Assembly (NCBI GenBank): GCA_947493285.1
Contig: CANLQH010000002.1
Location: forward strand, 450,062-514,061
Direction: 5' to 3'
DNA: 64,000 nucleotides
Source: an uncultured Tenacibaculum sp.
GTDB lineage: Bacteria; Bacteroidota; Bacteroidia; Flavobacteriales; Flavobacteriaceae
In this document: positions 1 through 9,570 of the stretch, piece by piece
How positions within the stretch are numbered: position 1 is the stretch's first letter
Layout: every line of letters starts with the position of its first letter
The notes under the pieces: generated by a model
The model's database searches: none
What the model saw: the letters and a program-made list of their open reading frames with translations, nothing else
What the model was told of the DNA's origin: nothing
Position numbers and translations under genes: made by a program

Positions 1-8
1 TTGAGGTA

Positions 9-983
9 TTGTATATGGACTTTATAAAAAAACACAGTGCCGAAATTTTAATTCATATTTTATTTTGGTCGTTATTTACATTTATCTCGCTATTTGTATT
101 TACTCAATACTATTGGGCGGAAAACCCTTTTTTACAGTATTTTTTTATTTTAGTGGTTATTGTTTACACCAATAATCAGGTGTTACTTCCTTTTTTTGTT
201 AAAAAGAAATGGTACGTTTTTTACGGTTTCATTTTTATACTAATTTCTTTCTTAGCAACTCAGTTGTATTGTTATGTTTTTACTCGATGTGGTTGTACAA
301 TAATGAAATGTTTAAGTGATTATTTGTGGCAAACTATAACTCCGCTTTTGTTTTTCTCTTTTATATGGGTGCTTTTCAGGTATATCGATCAATCTAAAGA
401 AGTAGAACAAATTCAGCAAGAGCGAACGGAAATGGAATTGAAGTTTTTAAAATCACAAATCAATCCGCATGTTTTACTAAATAACTTAAACACCATTTAT
501 TCTTACGCCATTGAAAAGCCAAATAAAGCTCCAGATTTAATTTTAAAGTTATCCGACAACCTAAAGCATGTCTTATATGAAAGCAACACTAAAAAGGTCG
601 CATTATATAAAGAAATACAGTTTATAGATAACTATGTAGCTTTTCAAAAAATAAGAACTGAAGGGATTAAAAAAGTTGACTATAAAAAGACAATAGATTC
701 TGATAAACATTCAATCGCACCTTTATTATTAATTACACTTATTGAAAATACATTTAAACACAGTGTTTTAAATAGCACAATTTTTATAGAAATTAAAGTA
801 GAAAAAGGTAAATTAACCTGTATGTGTTCTAATAGTTTTGATGCTAGTAAAAAGAATGGTAATGATACCATAGGGTTGAATAATCTTAAAAAAAGATTGA
901 ATTTGTTGTACCCAAACAGTTATGATCTTGTAATTGAAGAAAATAAAGATTTTAAAGTAATATTACAATTAGATTTAAATTAG
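9..983 (+). CDS. LytS/YehU-family sensor histidine kinase (N-terminal TM segments, His_kinase and HATPase domains)
   Basis: Hydrophobic N-terminus; LKSQINPHVLLNNLNTIY H-box; PLLLITLIENTFKH; IGLNNLKKRL; directly upstream of a LytTR regulator. Confidence 0.9.
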   Translation: MYMDFIKKHSAEILIHILFWSLFTFISLFVFTQYYWAENPFLQYFFILVVIVYTNNQVLLPFFVKKKWYVFYGFIFILISFLATQLYCYVFTRCGCTIMKCLSDYLWQTITPLLFFSFIWVLFRYIDQSKEVEQIQQERTEMELKFLKSQINPHVLLNNLNTIYSYAIEKPNKAPDLILKLSDNLKHVLYESNTKKVALYKEIQFIDNYVAFQKIRTEGIKKVDYKKTIDSDKHSIAPLLLITLIENTFKHSVLNSTIFIEIKVEKGKLTCMCSNSFDASKKNGNDTIGLNNLKKRLNLLYPNSYDLVIEENKDFKVILQLDLN

Positions 984-987
984 AGCT

Positions 988-1665
988 ATGAATTGTATTA
1001 TTATAGAAGATGAATTACCTGCACAAATTGTTTTAAAAAGTTATATCAGAAAAGTACCTGACATTAACTTATTAGAAACATTTCAAACAGCTTTAAGCGC
1101 TAATAGCTACTTAAAAGAAAACTCTGTTGATGTTATTTTCTTAGACATTAATTTACCTGATATTTCTGGTTTAGATTTTATAAAAACAGTTAAAAATCCA
1201 CCTAAAATAATTATTACAACAGCTTATCCTGATTATGCAGTTTCAAGTTTTGAATTAGAAACCATCGTAGATTATTTGGTAAAGCCTTTTTCTTTTGACC
1301 GTTTTTTAAAAGCCATAACAAAAGCAGAAAAGCGTTTAAATAAAAAAGAAGAAGCAGTAGAAAGAGAAATAGTCCTTTTAAATATTGATAAAACAATACA
1401 CAAAATATTTCTTGAGGATATTTTATACATTGAGTCTGATAGAAATTACCTTACTTTTTTTACAGAAAACAAAAAACTAACAATAATAGATTCCTTAAAA
1501 AAATGGGAAGAGCCTTTAAGTAAAAAAGGATTCATGCAAATTCATAAATCCTATATTATAAATAGTAAAAAAGTTGAAAAATTTACCGGATCTTACGTAA
1601 TAATATCCAATAAAAAATTGCCTATAGGTAGGACTTTTAAAATAAAAACAAAGGCAAGCTTATAA
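988..1665 (+). CDS. LytTR-family response regulator
   Basis: REC domain (IIEDE, DVIFLDINLP, TTAY, YLVKP) plus LytTR domain (ILYIES, FMQIHKSYIIN). Confidence 0.92.
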   Translation: MNCIIIEDELPAQIVLKSYIRKVPDINLLETFQTALSANSYLKENSVDVIFLDINLPDISGLDFIKTVKNPPKIIITTAYPDYAVSSFELETIVDYLVKPFSFDRFLKAITKAEKRLNKKEEAVEREIVLLNIDKTIHKIFLEDILYIESDRNYLTFFTENKKLTIIDSLKKWEEPLSKKGFMQIHKSYIINSKKVEKFTGSYVIISNKKLPIGRTFKIKTKASL

Positions 1666-1681
1666 GCTTGCCTTTGTTTTT
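1644..1681. terminator. Bidirectional intrinsic terminator
   Basis: Inverted repeat AAAAACAAAGGCAAGCTT/AAGCTTGCCTTTGTTTTT between convergent genes. Confidence 0.85.
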
Positions 1682-1689
1682 ACTAATGG

Positions 1690-2835
1690 TTAATCCCAAG
1701 TATTCTCTGCAGCATCTCCTCCCCAGATTAACGTAGCTAAATAAGGATTATCAATTATTGGGTTTCTATTTCCTTGCTTAGTTGCAATAACATTGTTACG
1801 ATTCTTCTCAAAATCAGAAACTGGATCTTCTTTATTCCATTCTAATAATAAATTAATCATATTACTATCTGATGAATTAACTGTACCAATGGCAACGTTT
1901 TTAGGTAGACATTGATCACCATAGCGTAAATACATGTACATCATCATACGAGCAACATCACCTTTCCATTCATCACCTGGATACCATCCTCCAGAAATAT
2001 CACCTGCATTTCCAGAACCATCAACGAATTTTTTACTCCCTCTATTCGAATTCATTTTAACATCAGAGGGTCTTAAGTGGTGTGGATCTGCACCAGGACC
2101 TGAAGTACCTAAATTAGGGTCTCCTAATGCCTTAGGATATACGTGTTCTCTGTTCCAATCTGAACCTTGAGTACCACCTGTCTCATTTTTATCTCTGCTC
2201 CTATCAGTTATATAATTTCCATCATTGTCACTGTATCCGTAGATTAATAATACTTTTGTATTATCTGTTGGGTCTATGTCTGATTCTTTTAATACATCCC
2301 AACCATAACTTAAAACTGTAGTATGCTCATTTATAGTTTTTGTAGCTAAAGCATCCATTAATGAAGAACCTGTTAGAGTTAAGTCTACATCGTTATAGTA
2401 GTTTTGCAAATCTGTTGGAATGTTAAAACTCCCTGTATTTCCACCTCCTGAATTTGAAGTATCTTCTTTAACAGTAATAGTAACTGTAGCAGTAGAACAG
2501 CTACTAGTTGTAATTGTACTACAAATAGTATACTTAAATGAATCTGTTCCAAAAAAATCTGATGCTGGAGTGTAAGTATATTCATCGTTATTTTTAACTA
2601 CTTTACCATTTTTAGCTGTAGTAGCCTCAAAAGTCACCTTAACATTACCTGTTGTGTAGGTGTCATTAGTTAAAAAATCTGGTAAAACAACTGGCGTATT
2701 TTCGTCTGCTTGGAAAGAATCATTCACAGCGATTACTTTATCTTCTGGTGTTGGCTTTACAATTTCATCATCACTTCCGCCACAGTTTATAAAAAAAGAA
2801 ACTATGATTCCTAAAACTAATACTCTTTTCATCAT
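1690..2835 (-). CDS. Endonuclease I-family lipoprotein with Ig-like (Big_9-type) domain
   Basis: Start moved to MMKRVLVLG (signal peptide, lipobox FINC); AVNDS...FFGTDSFKYTIC Ig-like domain; WNREHVYPK, DPHHLRP, NSNRG, KGDVARMMMYM, RNNVI..KQGNRNP nuclease motifs. Confidence 0.88.
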   Translation of the reverse strand: MMKRVLVLGIIVSFFINCGGSDDEIVKPTPEDKVIAVNDSFQADENTPVVLPDFLTNDTYTTGNVKVTFEATTAKNGKVVKNNDEYTYTPASDFFGTDSFKYTICSTITTSSCSTATVTITVKEDTSNSGGGNTGSFNIPTDLQNYYNDVDLTLTGSSLMDALATKTINEHTTVLSYGWDVLKESDIDPTDNTKVLLIYGYSDNDGNYITDRSRDKNETGGTQGSDWNREHVYPKALGDPNLGTSGPGADPHHLRPSDVKMNSNRGSKKFVDGSGNAGDISGGWYPGDEWKGDVARMMMYMYLRYGDQCLPKNVAIGTVNSSDSNMINLLLEWNKEDPVSDFEKNRNNVIATKQGNRNPIIDNPYLATLIWGGDAAENTWD

Positions 2836-2851
2836 TCTAATATTTAAAAAA

Positions 2852-3457
2852 TTATTTTTTATCGTGTACTTTCGTTGGAATTTGATCATTCCAAATAGTT
2901 AATATATCGGTTGCAACACTTGCGCCACTTCCTGCTGCGATAGCAAATTGACTACGCCAACCTGCTAAAGTTCCGCAAACATACAAACCTTTTTTTATTA
3001 AATGGTTAAAATTTCGCAATTGAACCCTGTCCTTCATTGAATTAGCTCTCATATGAGGTTCAATATATTGCTCTAACCCACTTATTTCAAACGGTTTTGA
3101 ATAGTTAAGAGCTATAACTACATTTTTGCTCAAATATTCATCCTTATTTGTGATTACCTTATATCCTTGTTCGTCACCTAAAACGGCTATTACTTTCTCG
3201 TTTGCAATTTGATTTACATCTGGATATTGAGTTTTTAATTGCTCCTTTCCTTGATTTAAGATATCTTCTCCTAAGGTTCCAGCTGATAAACCTAAAACAT
3301 TATTAAATAATGCATTTTGCAAATGAGATGATCGCTGATGCAAAATTATACCAATTTCTTTATTTTTAGCATACTCTTTTGTTTGAGCAGATCCTAATAC
3401 CAACGCACATTGCATTCCTGAAACTCCTCCTCCAACAATTAAAACATCAAAAATCAT
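2852..3457 (-). CDS. FAD-dependent oxidoreductase (short thioredoxin-reductase-like)
   Basis: DVLIVGGGVSG Rossmann motif; GLYVCG...SQFAIAAGSGA C-terminal FAD motif. Confidence 0.8.
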   Translation of the reverse strand: MIFDVLIVGGGVSGMQCALVLGSAQTKEYAKNKEIGIILHQRSSHLQNALFNNVLGLSAGTLGEDILNQGKEQLKTQYPDVNQIANEKVIAVLGDEQGYKVITNKDEYLSKNVVIALNYSKPFEISGLEQYIEPHMRANSMKDRVQLRNFNHLIKKGLYVCGTLAGWRSQFAIAAGSGASVATDILTIWNDQIPTKVHDKK

Positions 3458-4038
3458 TATGCTAGTAACACTTTAATATTCGTCGCAAATAATTTAACTG
3501 CAATTGCTAATAATATTACTCCAAATATTTTTCGAATTATTTTTATTCCATTGTTACCTATCATCTTCTCTATTTTTGAAGATGTTTTTAACACTATATA
3601 TATCACCAATACATTTAATAAAACAGCTATAATGATATTTCCAATGTTAAACTCTGCTCTTAAAGAAAGTAATGTGGTTAAGCTACCTGGACCAGCAATT
3701 AAAGGAAAGGCTAGAGGAAATACTGTTGCTGTTAATGTTTCATCTTCATCATCTTTATATAAAGTAATCCCTAAAATCATTTCTAAAGCAATAAAAAACA
3801 AAATAAAAGCACCTGCAACTGCAAATGAATGCACGTCTATTCCTATTAAACTTAATAATCGTTCTCCTATAAAAAGAAACAAAATCATAATAAAGCCGGC
3901 AATAACTGAAGCTTTTTCAGATTGAATATGACCTACTTTTTTTCGTAAATCTATAATAATAGGAATGTTTCCAATAATATCAATTACAGCAAACAATACC
4001 ATGAAAGCAGTGAAAATTTCTTTTAAATTAAAATTCAT
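3457..4038 (-). CDS. MarC-family membrane protein
   Basis: LFAVIDIIGNIP; FPLAFPLIAGPGSLT; six hydrophobic segments. Confidence 0.88.
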   Translation of the reverse strand: MNFNLKEIFTAFMVLFAVIDIIGNIPIIIDLRKKVGHIQSEKASVIAGFIMILFLFIGERLLSLIGIDVHSFAVAGAFILFFIALEMILGITLYKDDEDETLTATVFPLAFPLIAGPGSLTTLLSLRAEFNIGNIIIAVLLNVLVIYIVLKTSSKIEKMIGNNGIKIIRKIFGVILLAIAVKLFATNIKVLLA

Positions 4039-4148
4039 ATTATGTTGTTTTTCGGGTACAAAATTAGATAAGTAATGTTACAATCTAGTATTTTTGCATC
4101 TAAATTTACGTGAAGTTTATGTAAACTTCTAACTTTAAAATATATTTT

Positions 4149-4721
4149 ATGTTTCAATTAGGAAAAACCATCGTTTCTGAAGACCTTATAGAAAAAGAAT
4201 TCGTTTGTAATTTATCTGCTTGTAAAGGTGCTTGTTGTATTGATGGAGATGCTGGTGCTCCACTAGAAGAGGAAGAAACTAAAATTTTAGAAGAAATATA
4301 TCCAAAAGTAAAGCCTTTTTTACGTAAAGAAGGTATTGATGCTATCGAAAAACAAGGAACTTGGATTAAAAGTGATTTTGGTGAGTTAGAAACTCCTTTG
4401 ATTAATGATGCTGACTGCGCCTATGTTATTTTTGATGATAAAGGAACGGCTTTATGTGCAATTGAAGAGGCCTATAATCAAGGATTAGTGGATTGGAAAA
4501 AACCTGTTTCTTGTCATTTATACCCAGTAAGAGTTAAAGATTTTAGTGAATTTTCGGCGGTAAATTACCACAAGTGGGAAATTTGTGATGATGCTTGTTC
4601 TTTAGGAAAAGAATTACAAGTACCTGTTTATAAATTTGTAAAGCAAGCTCTCGTAAGAAAGTTTGGACAAAATTGGTATGATGAATTAGAAAAAATGGCA
4701 GAAAAGCATTTGAAGAAATAA
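4149..4721 (+). CDS. DUF3109-family Cys-rich protein
   Basis: FVCNLSACKGACCIDGDAGAPL; KPVSCHLYPVR. Confidence 0.85.
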   Translation: MFQLGKTIVSEDLIEKEFVCNLSACKGACCIDGDAGAPLEEEETKILEEIYPKVKPFLRKEGIDAIEKQGTWIKSDFGELETPLINDADCAYVIFDDKGTALCAIEEAYNQGLVDWKKPVSCHLYPVRVKDFSEFSAVNYHKWEICDDACSLGKELQVPVYKFVKQALVRKFGQNWYDELEKMAEKHLKK

Positions 4722-4861
4722 CTTTTTATATGGTTCTAAAATATGTTAATAGATTATTAATTGTGTTTTTCACCAGATACTTATATTAAGTACATTTAAC
4801 CTATTTCTTATCTGTGAATAAGTCTATTTTACACCAGGTTATTTCAGTGTGAAGCATATTC

Positions 4862-4895
4862 AAAAAAAGCATCTAAAATTTTAGATGCTTTTTTT
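4862..4895. terminator. Perfect 34-bp palindromic bidirectional terminator
   Basis: AAAAAAAGCATCTAAAATTTTAGATGCTTTTTTT. Confidence 0.85.
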
Positions 4896-4940
4896 ATACT
4901 TAAGGGAATAACAATTAATAAGGGGTTTATTTATTGTCAG
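4862..4940 (-). ncRNA. Candidate C-loop sRNA (about 80 nt)
   Basis: Minus-strand TATATTTG promoter at 4952-4945; hairpin 4938-4910 with ACCCC loop; single-stranded ATTCCCTTAA; then terminator. Confidence 0.5.
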
Positions 4941-5034
4941 AAAACAAATATATATTAATTTCAACAATCACCAAATATTATTACATTTTTCTTATTAAAG
5001 AATTTCAATCATTAAGTTTACTTTAATAAATCGT

Positions 5035-5688
5035 TTATTTATTTCCATTCCATTCATTTTTAAACTGACTTAAAAACACTTCCATAAACTGATGTCTTTC
5101 TTCAGCTAATTTCTTTCCTGTTTTAGTATTCATTTTATCTTTTAGTAATAATAATTTCTCGTAAAAATGATTAATCGTAGGAGCTGTAGAATTTTTATAT
5201 TCCTCTTTCGTCATATGTAAGTTTGGCGAAATTTCTGGATTGAATAATTCACGATTTTTAAATCCTCCATAATTAAAACAACGCGCGATACCTATCGCTC
5301 CAATCGCGTCTAATCGGTCAGCATCTTGAATAACATCTAACTCAGGTGATGAAAATTTTTGCTTAAAATTCCCTCCTTTAAAAGATATGTTTTTAATGAT
5401 ATTTTCAACATGAATAATAACACCTTCAACTACATTCTCTTCTGTTAAAAACGCTCTTGCCTTTTTAGGACCTACTGTTTCATCTCCATCGTGAAATTTA
5501 CTATCAGCTATATCATGTAATAAGGCTCCAAGAGAAACCACAAAAACATCAACATTTTCATTTTTAGCTATTAACAACGAGTTTTTGTACACTCTTTCAA
5601 CATGAAAATAATCATGTCCACCTTCTGCTCCTTTTAATGTATCCTTTACAAACTCTATAGTGTTTTGTATAATCTGTTCTTTATTCAT
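5035..5688 (-). CDS. HD-domain phosphohydrolase
   Basis: GHDYFHVERV, ALLHDIAD, IQDADRLDAIGAIG. Confidence 0.9.
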   Translation of the reverse strand: MNKEQIIQNTIEFVKDTLKGAEGGHDYFHVERVYKNSLLIAKNENVDVFVVSLGALLHDIADSKFHDGDETVGPKKARAFLTEENVVEGVIIHVENIIKNISFKGGNFKQKFSSPELDVIQDADRLDAIGAIGIARCFNYGGFKNRELFNPEISPNLHMTKEEYKNSTAPTINHFYEKLLLLKDKMNTKTGKKLAEERHQFMEVFLSQFKNEWNGNK

Positions 5689-5752
5689 ATTTCAAAAATA
5701 AAAATCCTGTACTAATAAGCACAGGATTTTAATATTATTATAACCTTTATTT

Positions 5753-6760
5753 TTAAACCACAACTGATGCTTTAACTAAATTATTTGCTACTAAATATTC
5801 AGCTATTTGAACCGTATTTGTAGCTGCTCCTTTTCGTAAATTATCAGAAACAATAAACATATTTAAAGCATTTTCCCTTGATAAATCTCTACGGATTCTA
5901 CCTACAAAAACATCATCTTTTCCTTCCGAATAAAAAGGCATTGGATATTCGTTATTCTCAGGGTTATCTTGAACTGTAACTCCATCTGTTTCCGACAAAA
6001 TATTACGTACTTCATCAACAGTAAAATGATTATCAAACTCAATGTTTACAGCTTCTGAATGACCTCCTACTACAGGAATACGAACACAAGTTGCCGTAAT
6101 TGCAATACTTGGATCATTTAAAATTTTGTGTGTTTCACGCACTAATTTTAATTCCTCTTTAGTATAACCTGCTTCTTCAAAAATATCACAATGCGGTAAT
6201 GCATTTTTATGAATTTGATGTGGATAAGCATTATCTCCATCTACACCATTAGCTTCGTTTTCTAACTGACGTACTGCTTTTACTCCTGTACCAGTAATAG
6301 ATTGATAAGTAGAAATAACCAAACGATTAATTTCATATTTTTTATGCAACGGAGCTAATGCCAATACCATTTGTATAGTAGAGCAATTAGGATTAGCTAT
6401 AATTTTATCTTCTTCCGTTAACTCAGATGCATTAATCTCAGGAACGATTAATTTTTTCGACGGATCCATTCTCCAAGCAGAAGAATTATCAATAACTGTG
6501 GTTCCAATTTCAGCAAATTTAGGAGCCCATTCTAACGAAGTACTTCCTCCTGCAGAAAACAAAGCGATATCTGGCTTCATTTCAACAGCTGTTGCTAAAC
6601 CTACAACCGTATAATCAGTTCCTTTAAATGCTATTTTATTTCCTACCGAACGTTCTGATGCCACAGGAATTAATTCTGTTACAGGAAAATTACGTTCTGC
6701 TAATATTTGTAACATTACATTACCTACCATACCGGTAGCGCCTACAACTGCTACTCTCAT
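5753..6760 (-). CDS. asd: Aspartate-semialdehyde dehydrogenase
   Basis: VVGATGMVG, IIANPNCST, SDNLRKGAATN. Confidence 0.97.
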   Translation of the reverse strand: MRVAVVGATGMVGNVMLQILAERNFPVTELIPVASERSVGNKIAFKGTDYTVVGLATAVEMKPDIALFSAGGSTSLEWAPKFAEIGTTVIDNSSAWRMDPSKKLIVPEINASELTEEDKIIANPNCSTIQMVLALAPLHKKYEINRLVISTYQSITGTGVKAVRQLENEANGVDGDNAYPHQIHKNALPHCDIFEEAGYTKEELKLVRETHKILNDPSIAITATCVRIPVVGGHSEAVNIEFDNHFTVDEVRNILSETDGVTVQDNPENNEYPMPFYSEGKDDVFVGRIRRDLSRENALNMFIVSDNLRKGAATNTVQIAEYLVANNLVKASVVV

Positions 6761-6967
6761 TTTGTGTGTTGTTTTATATTGAAGTACAAAGGTTTAAAAA
6801 AATCGAATTAGTTGTATCTCTTTTTATTAAAATTTTTAATTAAAGTTGAAAAAACATCATATTTAATGTAAAAAGTAATATTTTAAACACTAAAAATCAA
6901 AAAAATAGTACATTTGCATCGATTTTAAAGAATCGCAACATATTTTGTTTAACTAAAAAAGTATAGC

Positions 6968-7999
6968 ATGCAACTGTACAACAAGTTAAGCGCTGAAGAA
7001 CGCGCTAAATTAATAGACGAAGCCGGAAAAGACCGTTTAACCATCTCTTTCTATCAATATTTCAAGATAGAAAATCCAACTTTATTTAGAAATAAATTAT
7101 TCCTTGAATGGGACGCCTTAGATGTTCTAGGAAGAACTTATGTTTCTTACGAAGGTATCAATGCACAAATATCAGTTCCTTCTGAAAATTTCTTAGCACT
7201 AAAAGATCAATTAGATGCTATTTCGTTTTTAAAAGATATTCGATTAAATGTGGCTGTTGAGCAAGACAATAAATCTTTTTTAAAGTTAAAAGTTAAAGTT
7301 CGTAACAAAATTGTTGCTGATGGTTTAAATGACAATACATTTGATGTAACTGATAAAGGAGTACATTTAAATGCAAAAGAATTTAACGAGATGTTAGCGA
7401 ACCCAAATACGGTTTGTGTTGATATGCGTAATCATTACGAAAGTGAGATAGGTCATTTTGATGGGGCTGTAACACCAGATGTAGATACATTTCGTGACTC
7501 TTTGGATATTATTGAAGAAGATTTAAAAGATCATAAAGAAGATAAAAACCTATTAATGTATTGTACAGGTGGTATTCGTTGCGAAAAAGCATCTGCATAT
7601 TACAAGCATAAAGGATTTAAAAACGTTTTTCAGTTAGAGGGCGGAATTATAGAATATACTCGTCAGGTTAAATCTGAAGGAATTGAAAATAAGTTCATCG
7701 GTAAAAATTTTGTTTTTGACCATAGAAGAGCTGAACGAATTACTGATGATGTAATTTCTAATTGTCATCAATGTGGAAAAGCTTGTGATGAGCATACAAA
7801 TTGTGCGAACGAAGGTTGCCATTTATTATTTATCCAATGTGATGAGTGTTCAGAAAAAATGGAAAACACTTGTTCTACTGAGTGCCAAGAAATAATTCAA
7901 TTACCATTCGAAGAACAAAAAGCTTTACGTAAAGGAAAACACGCAAGTAATAAGATCTTTAAAAAAGGACGTTCTGAAAAGTTAAAATTTAAAAATTAA
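6968..7999 (+). CDS. trhO: tRNA uridine(34) hydroxylase / rhodanese-domain protein
   Basis: DMRNHYESEIGHF, MYCTGGIRCEKA, QLEGGIIEY, GKNFVFD, C-terminal Cys cluster. Confidence 0.9.
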   Translation: MQLYNKLSAEERAKLIDEAGKDRLTISFYQYFKIENPTLFRNKLFLEWDALDVLGRTYVSYEGINAQISVPSENFLALKDQLDAISFLKDIRLNVAVEQDNKSFLKLKVKVRNKIVADGLNDNTFDVTDKGVHLNAKEFNEMLANPNTVCVDMRNHYESEIGHFDGAVTPDVDTFRDSLDIIEEDLKDHKEDKNLLMYCTGGIRCEKASAYYKHKGFKNVFQLEGGIIEYTRQVKSEGIENKFIGKNFVFDHRRAERITDDVISNCHQCGKACDEHTNCANEGCHLLFIQCDECSEKMENTCSTECQEIIQLPFEEQKALRKGKHASNKIFKKGRSEKLKFKN

Positions 8000-8081
8000 C
8001 TTTATAAATAACTATTTAAAAGCTCTCTTTCGAGAGCTTTTTTTGTTTAAAAACTGTAATTTTAGCTAAAATCAATAAAAT

Positions 8082-8480
8082 ATGTCTGGCGTAAAAAATT
8101 TACAAACGTTAATTAAAGAAATGAAGCCATATTTGAATAATGGCGAATATGTTTTTACTACAGTTAGTCATTTAAAAGATATTAACCCAGAAGATATTAT
8201 TGGGCAATTCAAAGAAAAAGAAGGAATAACATTGATTTTAGAGCGTAAAAAAGCTGATCATCTGAACCTTACTTATAATTTCATTGCTTCGTGGATTACC
8301 TTAGAAATCCATTCAGCTTTAGATGCTGTAGGATTAACTGCTACTTTCTCTTCTGAACTTACGAAATACAATATTAGCTGTAATGTTATTGCTGGTTTTT
8401 ACCATGACCATATTTTTGTTAATAAAAAAGATGAAGCTAAAGCAATTGAAGTTTTAGTCAACTTATCTAACAAGTTTTAA
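8082..8480 (+). CDS. ACT-domain protein (DUF2241-like)
   Basis: EKEGITLI, ITLEIHSALDAVGLTA, CNVIAGFYHDHIFV. Confidence 0.8.
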   Translation: MSGVKNLQTLIKEMKPYLNNGEYVFTTVSHLKDINPEDIIGQFKEKEGITLILERKKADHLNLTYNFIASWITLEIHSALDAVGLTATFSSELTKYNISCNVIAGFYHDHIFVNKKDEAKAIEVLVNLSNKF

Positions 8481-8487
8481 AATTATA

Positions 8488-9570
8488 ATGGAGTTACAAC
8501 CACCATATCGTAAAATTATTCATGTTGACATGGATGCTTTTTACGCATCAGTTGAGCAATTAGACAATCCTGATTTAATTGGTAAAGCGGTTGCCGTTGG
8601 AGGAAATGAAATTAGAGGAGTGGTTTCTGCCGCAAGTTATGAAGCTCGTAAATTCGGTGTACGATCTGCAATGAGCGGATTTTTAGCAAAAAAAAAATGT
8701 CCCCATTTAATTTTCGTCCCACCTAGATTTGATCGTTACAAAGAAATCTCATCAAAAATTAGAGCTATTTTTTATGATTATACCGATTTAGTAGAACCGC
8801 TATCTTTAGATGAAGCCTATTTAGATGTAACTGAGAATAAAAAAGGAAATGCTTCAGCAAGTATGATTGCTCAAGAAATTCGTAAACGTATTTGGGATGA
8901 ATTAGAATTAAAAGCTTCAGCAGGAATATCTATTAATAAATTTATCGCTAAAGTAGCTTCAGATATTAATAAGCCTAACGGGCAAAAAACCATAAACCCA
9001 GAAGATGTCATTCCTTTTTTAGAAGAACTTCCTGTAAATAAATTTTATGGGGTCGGTAAAGTAACTGCTGCTAAAATGCATAACCTAGGAATCTTTACAG
9101 GATTAGATTTAAAGAAAAAAACGTTAGAAGAGCTTTCTGTTTTATTTGGAAAATCAGGGGTTCATTATTTTAATATTGTTAGAGGAATCCACAATAGTAA
9201 AGTAAAACCTAATCGAGTTCGAAAATCTATTGCTGCCGAACGTACTTTTAATGAAAATCTATCTTCAGAAGTTTTTATGCTAGATCGTTTGGATAAAATT
9301 GCTGAGGAATTAGAACGAAGAATGAAAAAATCGAATACAAAGGGTAAAACGGTTACTTTAAAAATCAAATACAGCGACTTTACACAACAAACTCGTAGCA
9401 AAACTACCAATCATTATATTCAACTAAAAAAAGAGTTTTATCCTATTGTTAAAGAGCTGTTGTATCAAGAAAAACTTAAAAACTCCGTACGCCTTTTAGG
9501 AATTTCTTTCAGTAATTTAAATACAGAGAAAAAAGATCCTATTTGGGTACAATTAAAATTCGATTTTTAA
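8488..9570 (+). CDS. dinB: DNA polymerase IV
   Basis: IIHVDMDAFYASVEQ, SYEARKFGVRSAM, SLDEAYLD. Confidence 0.96.
   Translation: MELQPPYRKIIHVDMDAFYASVEQLDNPDLIGKAVAVGGNEIRGVVSAASYEARKFGVRSAMSGFLAKKKCPHLIFVPPRFDRYKEISSKIRAIFYDYTDLVEPLSLDEAYLDVTENKKGNASASMIAQEIRKRIWDELELKASAGISINKFIAKVASDINKPNGQKTINPEDVIPFLEELPVNKFYGVGKVTAAKMHNLGIFTGLDLKKKTLEELSVLFGKSGVHYFNIVRGIHNSKVKPNRVRKSIAAERTFNENLSSEVFMLDRLDKIAEELERRMKKSNTKGKTVTLKIKYSDFTQQTRSKTTNHYIQLKKEFYPIVKELLYQEKLKNSVRLLGISFSNLNTEKKDPIWVQLKFDF

Noticed and set aside
4722-4860. Repeated CACCAG (4771, 4832) and GTGAA motifs as a structured RNA
   Set aside because: Matches are only 5-6 nt with weak stems and no clear promoter; cannot be supported without folding or conservation data
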